DNA of 64,000 bases from Betaproteobacteria bacterium (GTDB lineage Bacteria > Pseudomonadota > Gammaproteobacteria > Burkholderiales > SG8-39), in assembly GCA_052386675.1 (NCBI GenBank), contig JBQTJX010000029.1, positions 66,958 to 130,957 on the forward strand, written 5' to 3'. A program made the position numbers and the translations under genes. Below are positions 28,569-37,407 of the stretch, piece after piece. Under the pieces are notes generated by a model. That model saw only the letters and a program-made list of their open reading frames with translations. It ran no database searches and was not told the origin of the DNA. Position 1 is the first letter of the stretch, and each line of letters starts with the position of its first letter.

Positions 28569-29417
28569 ATGTCCGCAGTCCTGTCCGCAGTTTCGCCCGC
28601 CAATCAAGCCGCCACCCCCGATTTCGCCGCCGTCAAGACCAAGCAGCAGGCCGCCTGGTCCACCGGCGACTACGCCGTCGTCGGCACCACGCTGCAGATC
28701 GTCGGCGAAGACCTGTGCGAAGCGCTCGACCTGCGCTCGGGCAGCAAGGTGCTCGATGTCGCCGCCGGCAATGGCAACGCCACGCTGGCCGCGGCGCGCC
28801 GCTGGTGCGACGTCACTTCCACCGATTACGTCGGTTCGCTGCTCGAGGCCGGCAAGGCGCGGGCGAAGGCCGAGGGCCTGGCCGTCCGGTTCCAGGAGGC
28901 CGACGCCGAGAACCTGCCCTTCGCCGACGCGTCCTTCGACGCGGTGCTGTCCACCTTCGGCGTGATGTTTACGCCGGACCAGGACAAGGCCGCCGCGGAA
29001 CTGGCGCGTGTTTGCAAGCCGGGCGGGAAAATCGGACTCGCCAACTGGACCCCGGAGAGCTTCATCGGGCAACTCTTCAAGACCATCGGCCGGTACCTGC
29101 CGCCGGCGCCGGGCGTCCAATCGCCCGCGTTATGGGGCACGCAGGCGAGGCTGGAGACCTTGTTCGGCGATACCGCCAGGGAGATCCGCCTCGTCAGCCG
29201 CCAGTTCAATTTCCGCTACCGCTCGGCGGCGCACTGGCTGGAAGTGTTCCGCACCTTCTACGGCCCGGTGAACAAGGCCTTCGGCGCGATGGACGAGCAC
29301 GCGCAGGCTGCCTTCGCCCGCGACGTGATGGCGCTCATCGACAGCCGCAACCGCTCGGGCGACGCCACGCTGGTGCTGCCCAGCGAGTACGTCGAAGTGG
29401 TCGTGGTGCGAAGCTGA
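28569..29417 (+). CDS. Class I SAM-dependent methyltransferase
   Basis: VLDVAAGNG, DAENLPF.D.SFD, STFGVMF; SD gaggagg. Confidence 0.9.
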   Translation: MSAVLSAVSPANQAATPDFAAVKTKQQAAWSTGDYAVVGTTLQIVGEDLCEALDLRSGSKVLDVAAGNGNATLAAARRWCDVTSTDYVGSLLEAGKARAKAEGLAVRFQEADAENLPFADASFDAVLSTFGVMFTPDQDKAAAELARVCKPGGKIGLANWTPESFIGQLFKTIGRYLPPAPGVQSPALWGTQARLETLFGDTAREIRLVSRQFNFRYRSAAHWLEVFRTFYGPVNKAFGAMDEHAQAAFARDVMALIDSRNRSGDATLVLPSEYVEVVVVRS

Positions 29418-29423
29418 GCGCGC

Positions 29424-30221
29424 ATGCCTGAGCCCTACTTCCGGGAAGCGGGCGCCGGGCCCGGCGTCGTCTGCCTGCATGCCAATGCGGGCAGCTCGAG
29501 CCAGTGGCGTGGCCTGATGGATTCGCTGGCGCCGGCATGGCACGTGCTGGCGCCCGATTCCTGGGGGTCGGGCAGGAGCCCGGAGTGGCCTTCCGACCGT
29601 GTCATCACGCTGCGGGACGAAGCCGCGCTCATCGAGCCGGTGCTCGAGAAGGCAGGCGCGCCGTTCGCGCTGGTGGGGCATTCCTACGGCGCGGCGATCG
29701 CGCTGGTCGCGGCGCTGGCCAATCCCGGGCGCGTGCGGGCGCTGGCGCTCTACGAACCGACGCTGTTCTCGCTGCTGGCCGCGGAGCAGCCCCCGTCGAA
29801 CGACGGCGAGGGCATCCTTGGTGCGGTGACGCGGGCGGGCGCGGCCCTGGATGCGGGTGACCGGGATGCCGCCGCGCGGCATTTCATCGACTACTGGATG
29901 GGCGAGGGCGCCTGGCAGCGCACGCCAGAGCCGCGCAAGCCCGCCATCGCCGCCTCGGTCGTGAACGTGCGGCGCTGGGCGCATGCGCTGACCACCGAGC
30001 CCGCGCTGCTGGCGGCATTCCGTTCGCTGGACATCCCGACGCTGTACATGGTCGGCAAGCGCTCGACTGCCTCGGCGCACGGCGTGGCGCGGCTGCTGAC
30101 GAAGGCCCTGCCGCGCGTGGAAGTGGTGAAATTCGAGGATCTCGGCCACATGGGGCCAGTGACCCATCCGGAGACGGTGAACGCGGCGATCGCGGCGTTT
30201 CTCGGGTCGTCCCGGGTCTGA
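29424..30221 (+). CDS. Alpha/beta hydrolase
   Basis: GHSYG nucleophile elbow, C-terminal GHMGP. Confidence 0.88.
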   Translation: MPEPYFREAGAGPGVVCLHANAGSSSQWRGLMDSLAPAWHVLAPDSWGSGRSPEWPSDRVITLRDEAALIEPVLEKAGAPFALVGHSYGAAIALVAALANPGRVRALALYEPTLFSLLAAEQPPSNDGEGILGAVTRAGAALDAGDRDAAARHFIDYWMGEGAWQRTPEPRKPAIAASVVNVRRWAHALTTEPALLAAFRSLDIPTLYMVGKRSTASAHGVARLLTKALPRVEVVKFEDLGHMGPVTHPETVNAAIAAFLGSSRV

Positions 30222-30222
30222 A

Positions 30223-30242
30223 ATGTAACCGATCGGTTACAT
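30223..30242. repeat. Perfect 20-bp palindrome (operator-like)
   Basis: atgtaaccga-tcggttacat. Confidence 0.8.
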
Positions 30243-30261
30243 CGGGAGCCACCCGCAGCCC

Positions 30262-30287
30262 GCGCGCAGGCGCTAGCGCCTGCGCGC
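30262..30287. terminator. GC-rich palindrome between convergent genes, possible terminator
   Basis: gcgcgcaggcgct-agcgcctgcgcgc; no U-tract. Confidence 0.5.
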
Positions 30288-30297
30288 CGCGCCCGGG

Positions 30298-30930
30298 TCA
30301 GCTCGGGAAGTGGCTCTCGAGGTCCTGGATCTGCGCGGCGTCGAGGAAGCGCGTCTCGCGCCCGGAGAGCAGCAGGAAGAGTTTTGCCGTCTCCTCCATT
30401 TCCTCGGCGTTGTACACGGCGTCCTCGAGGGACTTGCCGGCAACGACCGGGCCATGGTTGGCGAGGAGCACGGCATGGTGCTTCTTCGCCTTCTCCCGGA
30501 CCGCCTCGGCCAGGGCGCGGTCGCCCGGTCGGAAGTACGGGACCAGCGGCAGGCGCCTGATTCGCATGACGTAGTAGGCGGTAATGGACGGAAGGACATC
30601 GGACGGATCCGCATGCTGCATGCACGAGACCGCCACGCAATGCGTGCAGTGCAGGTGCACGATGGCGTGCGCCGACGGCCGCTCCTCGTACATCGCAAGG
30701 TGAAGGAAGCCTTCCTTGGAAGGGGCGTCTCCCGATACGTGCCTGCCCGCCGGGTCGAGCTTGGAGATGCGCGCTGGATCGAGCCGGCCGAGACAGGAAT
30801 TGGTGGGCGTGACGAGCATCCCGTCGGGCACGCGCACCGAGAGGTTCCCGGAACTGCCATGCGCGTAGCCGCGGGCGTAGAGCGACTCGCCGAACAGGAC
30901 GAGCGACTCGCGCGCTTCGTTTTCCGTCAT
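30298..30930 (-). CDS. otnC: Class II aldolase, 3-oxo-tetronate 4-phosphate decarboxylase-like
   Basis: GSSGNLS, TPTNSCLG, PSKE..LH, VHLHCTH, LANHG; coupled to otnK. Confidence 0.82.
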   Translation of the reverse strand: MTENEARESLVLFGESLYARGYAHGSSGNLSVRVPDGMLVTPTNSCLGRLDPARISKLDPAGRHVSGDAPSKEGFLHLAMYEERPSAHAIVHLHCTHCVAVSCMQHADPSDVLPSITAYYVMRIRRLPLVPYFRPGDRALAEAVREKAKKHHAVLLANHGPVVAGKSLEDAVYNAEEMEETAKLFLLLSGRETRFLDAAQIQDLESHFPS

Positions 30931-32219
30931 GCCAGCACCTCGAATGCACGGTTGAAGAAATCGCTGCCGCCGAAATTTCCCGACTTGAGCGCCAGGTGCA
31001 AGCCCGGGGGATTCGCATGGCACCAGGGGACGCCCGGATCGATCTGCGGCCCGATCCGGAGCGCCTTGACGTCGAGCGCGCCGACGCATGCGCCCGCGGT
31101 CTCGCCGCCGGCCACCACAAGCCGGCCCACGCCGGCCTCCACGAGTCCCGCGGCAACCCTCGAGAGCGTGCGCTCGACCACTTCGCCCGCGTACCCGGCG
31201 CCGAGGCGCTCCTGTACGGCGCGCACGGTTGCAGGCTCGGCGGTGGCGTAGACGAGCACCGGCTGGTCGCCGAGCCGCGGGCGGGCCCAGGCCAATGCCT
31301 CCGCGGCTAGGTCGTGTCCGGCGGCGGCGCGCAGCGGGTCTATTGGGAAGCCGGCGCCGCCGGAGGCGAGGAATGCCGCAACCTGGGCGTTGGTGGCCTG
31401 CGAGCAACTCCCGGACACCACGGCCGCAGCGCCCGAGGCGGGCGGCAGCCGCGCCGCAGCCGGCGCTGGCGAAAGCCCATGCAGTGCCGGGATGCCGATC
31501 GCGAGGCCCGAGCCGGCGACGACGAGCGCGAAGTCGCGCGCCGCAGCGGCCAGCACGCGCAAGTCCTCGTCCTCGAGGACATCGGCAAGGGCGAACGCCA
31601 CGCCCTCGCGTTCGAGTTCGGCCATGCGCCGGCGCACCGCCGCGGCGCCCTGCGCGACGATGCAATGCTCGACCAGCCCCGCGCGCGTGCGCGCGAGCTG
31701 TGCCTGCATCACGCGTACCAGGTTCGAGTCGGTCATGGGCGTGAGCGGGTGGTGGCGCATCGGGCTCTCGGAGAGGAGCGTGTCGCCCACGAAGAGGTGC
31801 CCCTTGTAGACGGTGCGGCCGGTTTCGGGGAACGCCGGCGTGACCAGCGCCTGCCGCGCGCCGGTTTCGGCCAGCAACGCCTCGGCCACCGGCCCGATGT
31901 TGCCGCGCGGCGTCGAATCGAAGGTGGAGCAGACCTTGAAGTAGAGCTGCCGCGCGCCGCGCGCGCGCAGCCAGCGCGCCGCGGCGAGCGAAGCCTCGAC
32001 CGCCTCGCCGGGTGGCGCGGTGCGCGATTTCAGCGCCACCACCACCGCGTCGGCATCGAACGACGCGGCCGGTTCCGGCACGCCGATCGTTTGCACCGTG
32101 CTCATGCCCGAGCGCGCCAGGTTGTTGGCGAGATCCGTGGCGCCGGTGAAGTCGTCCGCGATGCAGCCGATCAGCAGGCGCGCCACGAGTGTCCCATGGA
32201 CACCCTCCTTCCCGGTCAT
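30927..32219 (-). CDS. otnK: Four-carbon acid sugar kinase, 3-oxo-tetronate kinase-like
   Basis: GCIADDFTGATD, ALKSRT, CSTFDST..GNIG, GGET, LKSGNFG; start at ATG 32219 or GTG 32186. Confidence 0.87.
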   Translation of the reverse strand: MTGKEGVHGTLVARLLIGCIADDFTGATDLANNLARSGMSTVQTIGVPEPAASFDADAVVVALKSRTAPPGEAVEASLAAARWLRARGARQLYFKVCSTFDSTPRGNIGPVAEALLAETGARQALVTPAFPETGRTVYKGHLFVGDTLLSESPMRHHPLTPMTDSNLVRVMQAQLARTRAGLVEHCIVAQGAAAVRRRMAELEREGVAFALADVLEDEDLRVLAAAARDFALVVAGSGLAIGIPALHGLSPAPAAARLPPASGAAAVVSGSCSQATNAQVAAFLASGGAGFPIDPLRAAAGHDLAAEALAWARPRLGDQPVLVYATAEPATVRAVQERLGAGYAGEVVERTLSRVAAGLVEAGVGRLVVAGGETAGACVGALDVKALRIGPQIDPGVPWCHANPPGLHLALKSGNFGGSDFFNRAFEVLA

Positions 32220-33184
32220 GGGAAACGCACGTCCCAATGGGCAGGCTTCGCCCCCGCCACCGGGGCCGGCATGCGGTAGATCCGGTTGTCCTGCAGGCAG
32301 CCGAGGTACAGCGTGCGCCGGTCCGCGCCGCCGAAGGCGCTGGACGAAAGGTTGCGGATGCGCGCCGCGGGCACTGGCGGCAGCGTCTCGCCCTTCAACT
32401 CGTCGCGGGCGAAGAGCTGCTCGACGCGATCGACGAACGCCGGGTCATTGTCCTCCAGCACCACTTCCTGGCGTCGATCGGGACGCACCCGGAGCAGGCG
32501 GTTGGAGACGATGCTGGTGATCCAAAGGCCACCCTCGTCGTCGAAGTCGAGCCCGTCCGGAAAGACCCCGGGCGGATACTCGGCGTACACCTCCCGGGGG
32601 CCGAGCCCGTCTTTCGTCACCGCGAAGCGGCTCGTGCAATGGCCGTAGGTTTCATTGACGTAGAGCCAGCGCCCCGAGGGATCCACCTTGCACTCGTTCG
32701 TGAACGCGAGCCCGTCGGCCACCACCCGCGCTCCCCGGCGATCCACCAGCACGACGTAGCCGTCGGCGAGCTTCGGGCTGCGCGCCGCGGCACGCGGCAC
32801 CTGCCGCGTGCTGACCGTGATCCAGGTGCGGCCGTTCTCCGCATGCACGAAGTTCGTCGGTTCCAGCGCCCGCCCATTCACTTCGAGAAGGAAGGGCGTG
32901 AGCTCGCCCCCGGTCGTCAGCCGCCAGACGCCGCCGTCACTCTCGCCCAGGTGCGCCAGGAGAAAGGACCGGTCGGGCAGGATGGCGAAGCCGTTGGTCT
33001 TCACCGGGCGCTTGCCGTCGATCAGGCCCTGATACAGCTGCTGCGACCCGTCGGCGCGGATGCGCAGCACGCCGCCCCGCCAGTCGGACACGAACACCTC
33101 GTCCTGCGCGGTGCAGTGCACGCATTCCGGCCGGTGCAAGCCGGAGCCGAAGTCCCCTAGCGCCGCAAGGCCGAGCGCTTTCAG
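32216..33184 (-). CDS. SMP-30/gluconolactonase/LRE family protein
   Basis: RPECV, TNG, FTNE, YVNET, FPDGL.FD..GGLW, AFGG.D..TLY; start uncertain (CTG 33184 or TTG 33139). Confidence 0.82.
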   Translation of the reverse strand: MKALGLAALGDFGSGLHRPECVHCTAQDEVFVSDWRGGVLRIRADGSQQLYQGLIDGKRPVKTNGFAILPDRSFLLAHLGESDGGVWRLTTGGELTPFLLEVNGRALEPTNFVHAENGRTWITVSTRQVPRAAARSPKLADGYVVLVDRRGARVVADGLAFTNECKVDPSGRWLYVNETYGHCTSRFAVTKDGLGPREVYAEYPPGVFPDGLDFDDEGGLWITSIVSNRLLRVRPDRRQEVVLEDNDPAFVDRVEQLFARDELKGETLPPVPAARIRNLSSSAFGGADRRTLYLGCLQDNRIYRMPAPVAGAKPAHWDVRFP

Positions 33185-34908
33185 TGGATCTCCGGCTCCG
33201 CCGTGGGCGCCGTTCCCTCGAGGAAGTCGAAGTCGCAGCCCTCGTTGGCCTGCTTCACATGCCTTGAGAAGATCGCTCCGTACGAGCGCTCGTACTTCAT
33301 CGGCGGGCGCTTCCAGGCGGCCCTGCGCCTGACCATTTCCGCATCCGGGATTTTCAGGTTGATCGCCTTCCTCTCGACATCCAGTTCGATCAGGTCGCCG
33401 GTCTGCACGAAAGCCAGCGGGCCGCCGACGTAGGCCTCGGGCGCGACGTGCAGGATGCAGGTGCCGTAGCTGGTGCCGCTCATGCGGCCATCCGAGATCC
33501 GCACCATGTCCTTGATGCCCTGCTTGATGAGCTTCTTCGGCATCGGTAGCATGCCCCACTCGGGAAAACCCGGGCCGCCCAGCGGGCCGGACATTTTCAG
33601 CACCAGCACCGAGTTCGCGTCCACGTCCAGATCGTCCCGGTCGATCCTCGCCGCCATGTCGTTGTAGTCCTCGAACACCACCGCGCGGCCGGTGTGCTGC
33701 AGCAGCTTCGGGTCCGCGGCGCTCACCTTGAGGACGGCGCCGTCCGGCGCCAGGGAGCCGCGCAGCATGACGATGGCGCCGGATTTCTTGAGTGGCTTGT
33801 CGCGGGGCAGGATGACGTCGGCGTTCCAGACCCTGGCGTCCTTGATGTTCTCCCCGAGCGTCCTGCCGTTGACGGTCTTCGCCTCCAGGTCGAGCAGGTC
33901 CTTCAATTGCCAGAGCAGGGCGCGCAGGCCGCCGGCGTAGAAGAAATCCTCCATCAGGTATTTGTCGCCGGAGGGCCGCACGTTGGCGATGACGGGCACT
34001 TTGGCCGCGATTTCGTTGTAGCGCTCGAGGGGGAAGGCGAGGCCTGCGCGCCCGGCCATGGCCACCAGGTGCACGATGGCGTTGGTCGAGCCGCCCATCG
34101 CCATCAGGGTGGTGATGGCGTTGTCGAAGGAGCCGCGCGACAGGATGTCCTTGGGCTTCAGGTCCTGCCACACCATCTCGACGATGCGCTTGCCGGTGAG
34201 GGTGGCCAGGCGCGCGTGGTTGGAATCGGGCGCCGGGATGGAGGAGTAGCCCGGCAGGGTGAGGCCCAGTGCTTCGGCCAGCGACATCATGGTGGCCGCG
34301 GTGCCCATGGTCATGCAGGTGCCGGGGGAGCGGGCGATGGTGTCCTCTATGTCCTGCCAGTCGCGCTCGGTGATCTGCCCGGCGCGCAGCTGGTCCCAGT
34401 ACTTCCAGGTGTCGGAGCCGGAACCGAGGGTCTGATCGCGCCAGTGGCTGTTCAGCATCGGCCCGGCGGGCAGGTAGATCGCCGGCAGGTTCATGCTGGT
34501 CGCGCCCATGACGAGCGCGGGCGTGGTCTTGTCGCAGCCGCCCATGAGCACGCAGCCGTCCACCGGGTAGGAGCGCAGCAGCTCCTCGGTCTCCATGGCG
34601 AGGAAGTTGCGGAACATCATGGTGGTGGGCTTCTGCATGGTCTCGGCCAGCGCCATCGCCGGCATCTCCAGCGGGAAGCCGCCCGCCTGCCAGATGCCGC
34701 GCTTGACCTCCTCGGCGCGCTGCCGGAAGTGGGTGTGGCAGTGGTTGATGTCCGACCAGGTATTGATGATGGCGATGACCGGCTTGCCCGCGTAGTCGGT
34801 CCGGTCGTAGCCCATCTGCGCGGTGCGCGAGCGGTGGCCGAAGGAGCGCAGGTCCTTGACGCCGAACCAGCGGTGGCTGCGCAGTTCCTCGGGTTTCTTT
34901 TTCGTCAC
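33181..34908 (-). CDS. IlvD/Edd family sugar-acid dehydratase (L-arabinonate dehydratase-like)
   Basis: [31 protein letters not shown]-terminal EPEIH. Confidence 0.9.
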   Translation of the reverse strand: MTKKKPEELRSHRWFGVKDLRSFGHRSRTAQMGYDRTDYAGKPVIAIINTWSDINHCHTHFRQRAEEVKRGIWQAGGFPLEMPAMALAETMQKPTTMMFRNFLAMETEELLRSYPVDGCVLMGGCDKTTPALVMGATSMNLPAIYLPAGPMLNSHWRDQTLGSGSDTWKYWDQLRAGQITERDWQDIEDTIARSPGTCMTMGTAATMMSLAEALGLTLPGYSSIPAPDSNHARLATLTGKRIVEMVWQDLKPKDILSRGSFDNAITTLMAMGGSTNAIVHLVAMAGRAGLAFPLERYNEIAAKVPVIANVRPSGDKYLMEDFFYAGGLRALLWQLKDLLDLEAKTVNGRTLGENIKDARVWNADVILPRDKPLKKSGAIVMLRGSLAPDGAVLKVSAADPKLLQHTGRAVVFEDYNDMAARIDRDDLDVDANSVLVLKMSGPLGGPGFPEWGMLPMPKKLIKQGIKDMVRISDGRMSGTSYGTCILHVAPEAYVGGPLAFVQTGDLIELDVERKAINLKIPDAEMVRRRAAWKRPPMKYERSYGAIFSRHVKQANEGCDFDFLEGTAPTAEPEIH

Positions 34909-34948
34909 GGCGTCTCCTCAGGGGAAGCGAAGATTGTAAACTCGCCCC

Positions 34949-35722
34949 ATGGCCTCTGCCGCCGAGTTTCTCCTGCGCCCGCGCAGCTGGCAGCGGCTCG
35001 CCCGCGTCGCCGGCTACGCGACCGTGGCCGCGCTGGCCCCCTCCAGCTACGGCCCGGCGGCGCGCGAGCTGGCGGTGCGCCAGGTCTACCTCACGGCCTG
35101 GAAGGTGCTCCCCGGATACCTCTTGTTCACCGCGCTGCTGAGCGTGGTGCTGATCCAGATCGCCGACGGCGCGCTGCGCGCCTACGGCCTTGCCCAGTTC
35201 TCCCTCGAGCTGGTGCTGCGCGTGCTGGTGCTGGAACTGGTGCCGTTGCTCACGGTGTTCTTCGTCGCCTTCCGCTCCGGCGCGGCGGTCGCCGCCGAGG
35301 TGGCGGTGATGCGGGTCACCGGGGAACTGGACGACAGCGCGGAAGCGGGCTCCGACGAATTGCGCGGGGAACTCGTGCCGCGCGTCGCCGCCACCGCGCT
35401 GTCGGTGTTCGCGCTGACGACGCTCGGCGGCGCGCTGGCGCTCGCGATCTCCTACGCTTCCTTCTTTCACACTTCGCGCGCCGGCTTCTTCGTCTTCACC
35501 CGCGTGGTGGGTACCGTGTTCGACGACCTGGTGCTGGCGGGCCTGGCCCTGAAGTTCGTCCTGTTCGGCGCCGCGGTGGCGCTGATCCCGATCGCCGCCG
35601 GCCTGGAGGCCGAGCGTGGCCGCATGAAATCGGTGCCCGCCGTGGTGCTGGCGGGCCTGATGAAGCTGGCGCTCGCGATCTCGGTCATCGAAGTGGCGAT
35701 ATTGGTGGTGAAATACGTCTGA
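34949..35722 (+). CDS. MlaE-like ABC permease (divergent)
   Basis: RQVY, LELVPLL, RSGAAVAAEVAVMRVTGE, PRV. Confidence 0.8.
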   Translation: MASAAEFLLRPRSWQRLARVAGYATVAALAPSSYGPAARELAVRQVYLTAWKVLPGYLLFTALLSVVLIQIADGALRAYGLAQFSLELVLRVLVLELVPLLTVFFVAFRSGAAVAAEVAVMRVTGELDDSAEAGSDELRGELVPRVAATALSVFALTTLGGALALAISYASFFHTSRAGFFVFTRVVGTVFDDLVLAGLALKFVLFGAAVALIPIAAGLEAERGRMKSVPAVVLAGLMKLALAISVIEVAILVVKYV

Positions 35723-35724
35723 GC

Positions 35725-36756
35725 ATGGACGAGCAGCCGAATCCCGGGAACGAACCCGCGCCAAACGAACCTGCGCGCAGCCTCGCGCCGCGCAATCTTG
35801 GCGTCAAGGTCGGCATCCTGATCGCCGTCAGCGTCATGGTTGCCGTCGCCTTTGTCGGCTACGTGCTCTACGCCCGCGGCGCCTTCGAGAACTTCCAGCG
35901 CCTGGCGCTGGTGGCCGACAACGTCGAGGGCGTGACCGTCGGCATGGACCTCACCTACGCCGGCTTCCCGATCGGCCGGGTGCGGCGCCTGTCGCTGGGC
36001 AACGACGGCAAGGCGCGCATCCACCTGCGCATCCCGGAGAGCGAAACGCGCTGGTTGCGCACCACCACCGTGTTCGTCATGGACGTCCCGCTGGTGGGCG
36101 GCGCGAAACTGCGCGCCTATACCGGCAACCTGCAGGACCCGCCGCTGCCGGACCGTGCCGAGCGCACGGTGCTGCGCGGTGATGCCAACGCGGAAATCCC
36201 GCTCATGATCGCCACCGTGCGGCAGGCACTGGAGAACGTCGAGAGCATGACCGCGCGCGATTCCAGCCTGCAGCAGAGCATCGACAACGCGAAGGCGGTG
36301 ACTGCGCGCATGGCCGGGAAGTACGGCGTGCTGGGCGGCGTGCTTGGGAGCGAGGACAACGCGCGCAAGATCATTGCCTCCATCGACCGCGCCAACGCGC
36401 TGCTCGCGAACCTGGGTGGGGTGTCGCTCAAGCTGGACGCAGTGCTGGCCAAGGCCGACCGGCGCCTCTATGGCTCGGGCGGCATCGCCGACGAGACGCA
36501 GAAGGCCGTGGCGCAGGCCAACACCATGCTCGGGGAGGTGCGCGAGCGCCTGAAGGCGGTGGACGCGATCCTCGCCGATGCGCAGTCGGTGAGCGCGAGC
36601 GCGAAGACCGCGGCGGCGAACGTGGCCGGCGCCACCGCGGACCTGGGCGCGCTGCGCGCCGAGGTCGAGGCCAGCCTGCGCAAGGTCACCTCGCTCATCG
36701 AGGAAATCAACCGCAAGTGGCCCTTCGAACGCGACACGAAAATCAAGCTGCCGTGA
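35725..36756 (+). CDS. MlaD/MCE family protein with helical extension
   Basis: Single TM, GVTVGMDLTYAGFPIGRV MCE motif, long helical C-terminus. Confidence 0.85.
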   Translation: MDEQPNPGNEPAPNEPARSLAPRNLGVKVGILIAVSVMVAVAFVGYVLYARGAFENFQRLALVADNVEGVTVGMDLTYAGFPIGRVRRLSLGNDGKARIHLRIPESETRWLRTTTVFVMDVPLVGGAKLRAYTGNLQDPPLPDRAERTVLRGDANAEIPLMIATVRQALENVESMTARDSSLQQSIDNAKAVTARMAGKYGVLGGVLGSEDNARKIIASIDRANALLANLGGVSLKLDAVLAKADRRLYGSGGIADETQKAVAQANTMLGEVRERLKAVDAILADAQSVSASAKTAAANVAGATADLGALRAEVEASLRKVTSLIEEINRKWPFERDTKIKLP

Positions 36757-37358
36757 CCGAAAAGCAGCGAAATCAGGGACGGACCACGATTTGCTGGGCG
36801 ATCACCGCGGCGCTGCTCGCGTCCTGCGCCAGTGGCCCGCCGCCGCCCGACTGGCAGCTGGATGCGCGCGCCGCGCTGCAGGGCTTCGAAAAGCACTACC
36901 TGGAAGGCAACACGAAGGTCGCGGAGGCGGAGTTCGCACGCGCGAAGGATGAGATCCGCAGGACCGGGCGCGGCGATCTGCTCGCGCGCGCCGAACTGGT
37001 TCGCTGCGCTGCGCGTACCGCGAGCCTGGAACTGGACAACTGCCCCGCATTCGAGGCGCTGCGCCGCGACGCGGGGCCGGAAGAACTGGCCTACGCGGAC
37101 TATCTCGCGGGAAAGGGCAAGCACGCGCCCTCGGAGGATGCGCTCTCGCGCCTGGTCGCGGCGGGCGTGGCATTCCGCGCCACGACGGTCACGCCGGCGC
37201 AGATCGCGTCGGCGATCGACATCGCCTCGTCGCAGGGCTGGCGACGGCCGTTGCTGGCGTGGCTGGGCGTCGAGGAGAAGCGCGCCGAGGCGGCGGGGGA
37301 CCAGGCCGCCGTGCAGCGCATCCAGCGCCGGATCAAGCTTATCCTGGCCGACAAGTAG
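36753..37358 (+). CDS. Hypothetical lipoprotein
   Basis: GTG overlapping the MCE gene stop, lipobox LASC, motif QGWRRPLLAWL. Confidence 0.78.
   Translation: MTEKQRNQGRTTICWAITAALLASCASGPPPPDWQLDARAALQGFEKHYLEGNTKVAEAEFARAKDEIRRTGRGDLLARAELVRCAARTASLELDNCPAFEALRRDAGPEELAYADYLAGKGKHAPSEDALSRLVAAGVAFRATTVTPAQIASAIDIASSQGWRRPLLAWLGVEEKRAEAAGDQAAVQRIQRRIKLILADK
36770..36792 (+). repeat. Single REP-like unit of the 768-824 family, inside the lipoprotein 5' end
   Basis: aaatcagggacggaccacgattt; one mismatch in the shared 20 nt with aatcagggacagaccacgat. Confidence 0.8.
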
Positions 37359-37377
37359 GACGCCTCCGGCGCTCGCC

Positions 37378-37404
37378 GGAAAACGTGGTCCGTCCCTGTT
37401 TTCC
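37378..37404 (-). repeat. Single REP-like unit, inverted orientation
   Basis: ggaaaacgtggtccgtccctgttttcc; core 37384-37398 is the exact reverse complement of 36774-36788. Confidence 0.8.
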
Positions 37405-37407
37405 GTT

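Noticed and set aside
20212-36756. Apparent giant ORFs or fusions in the track (20212-23361, 32216-35764, 33694-36756)
   Set aside because: Only the 3' parts are real genes (Bug, SMP-30, MCE); the extensions are open shadow frames across opposite-strand or other-frame genes.
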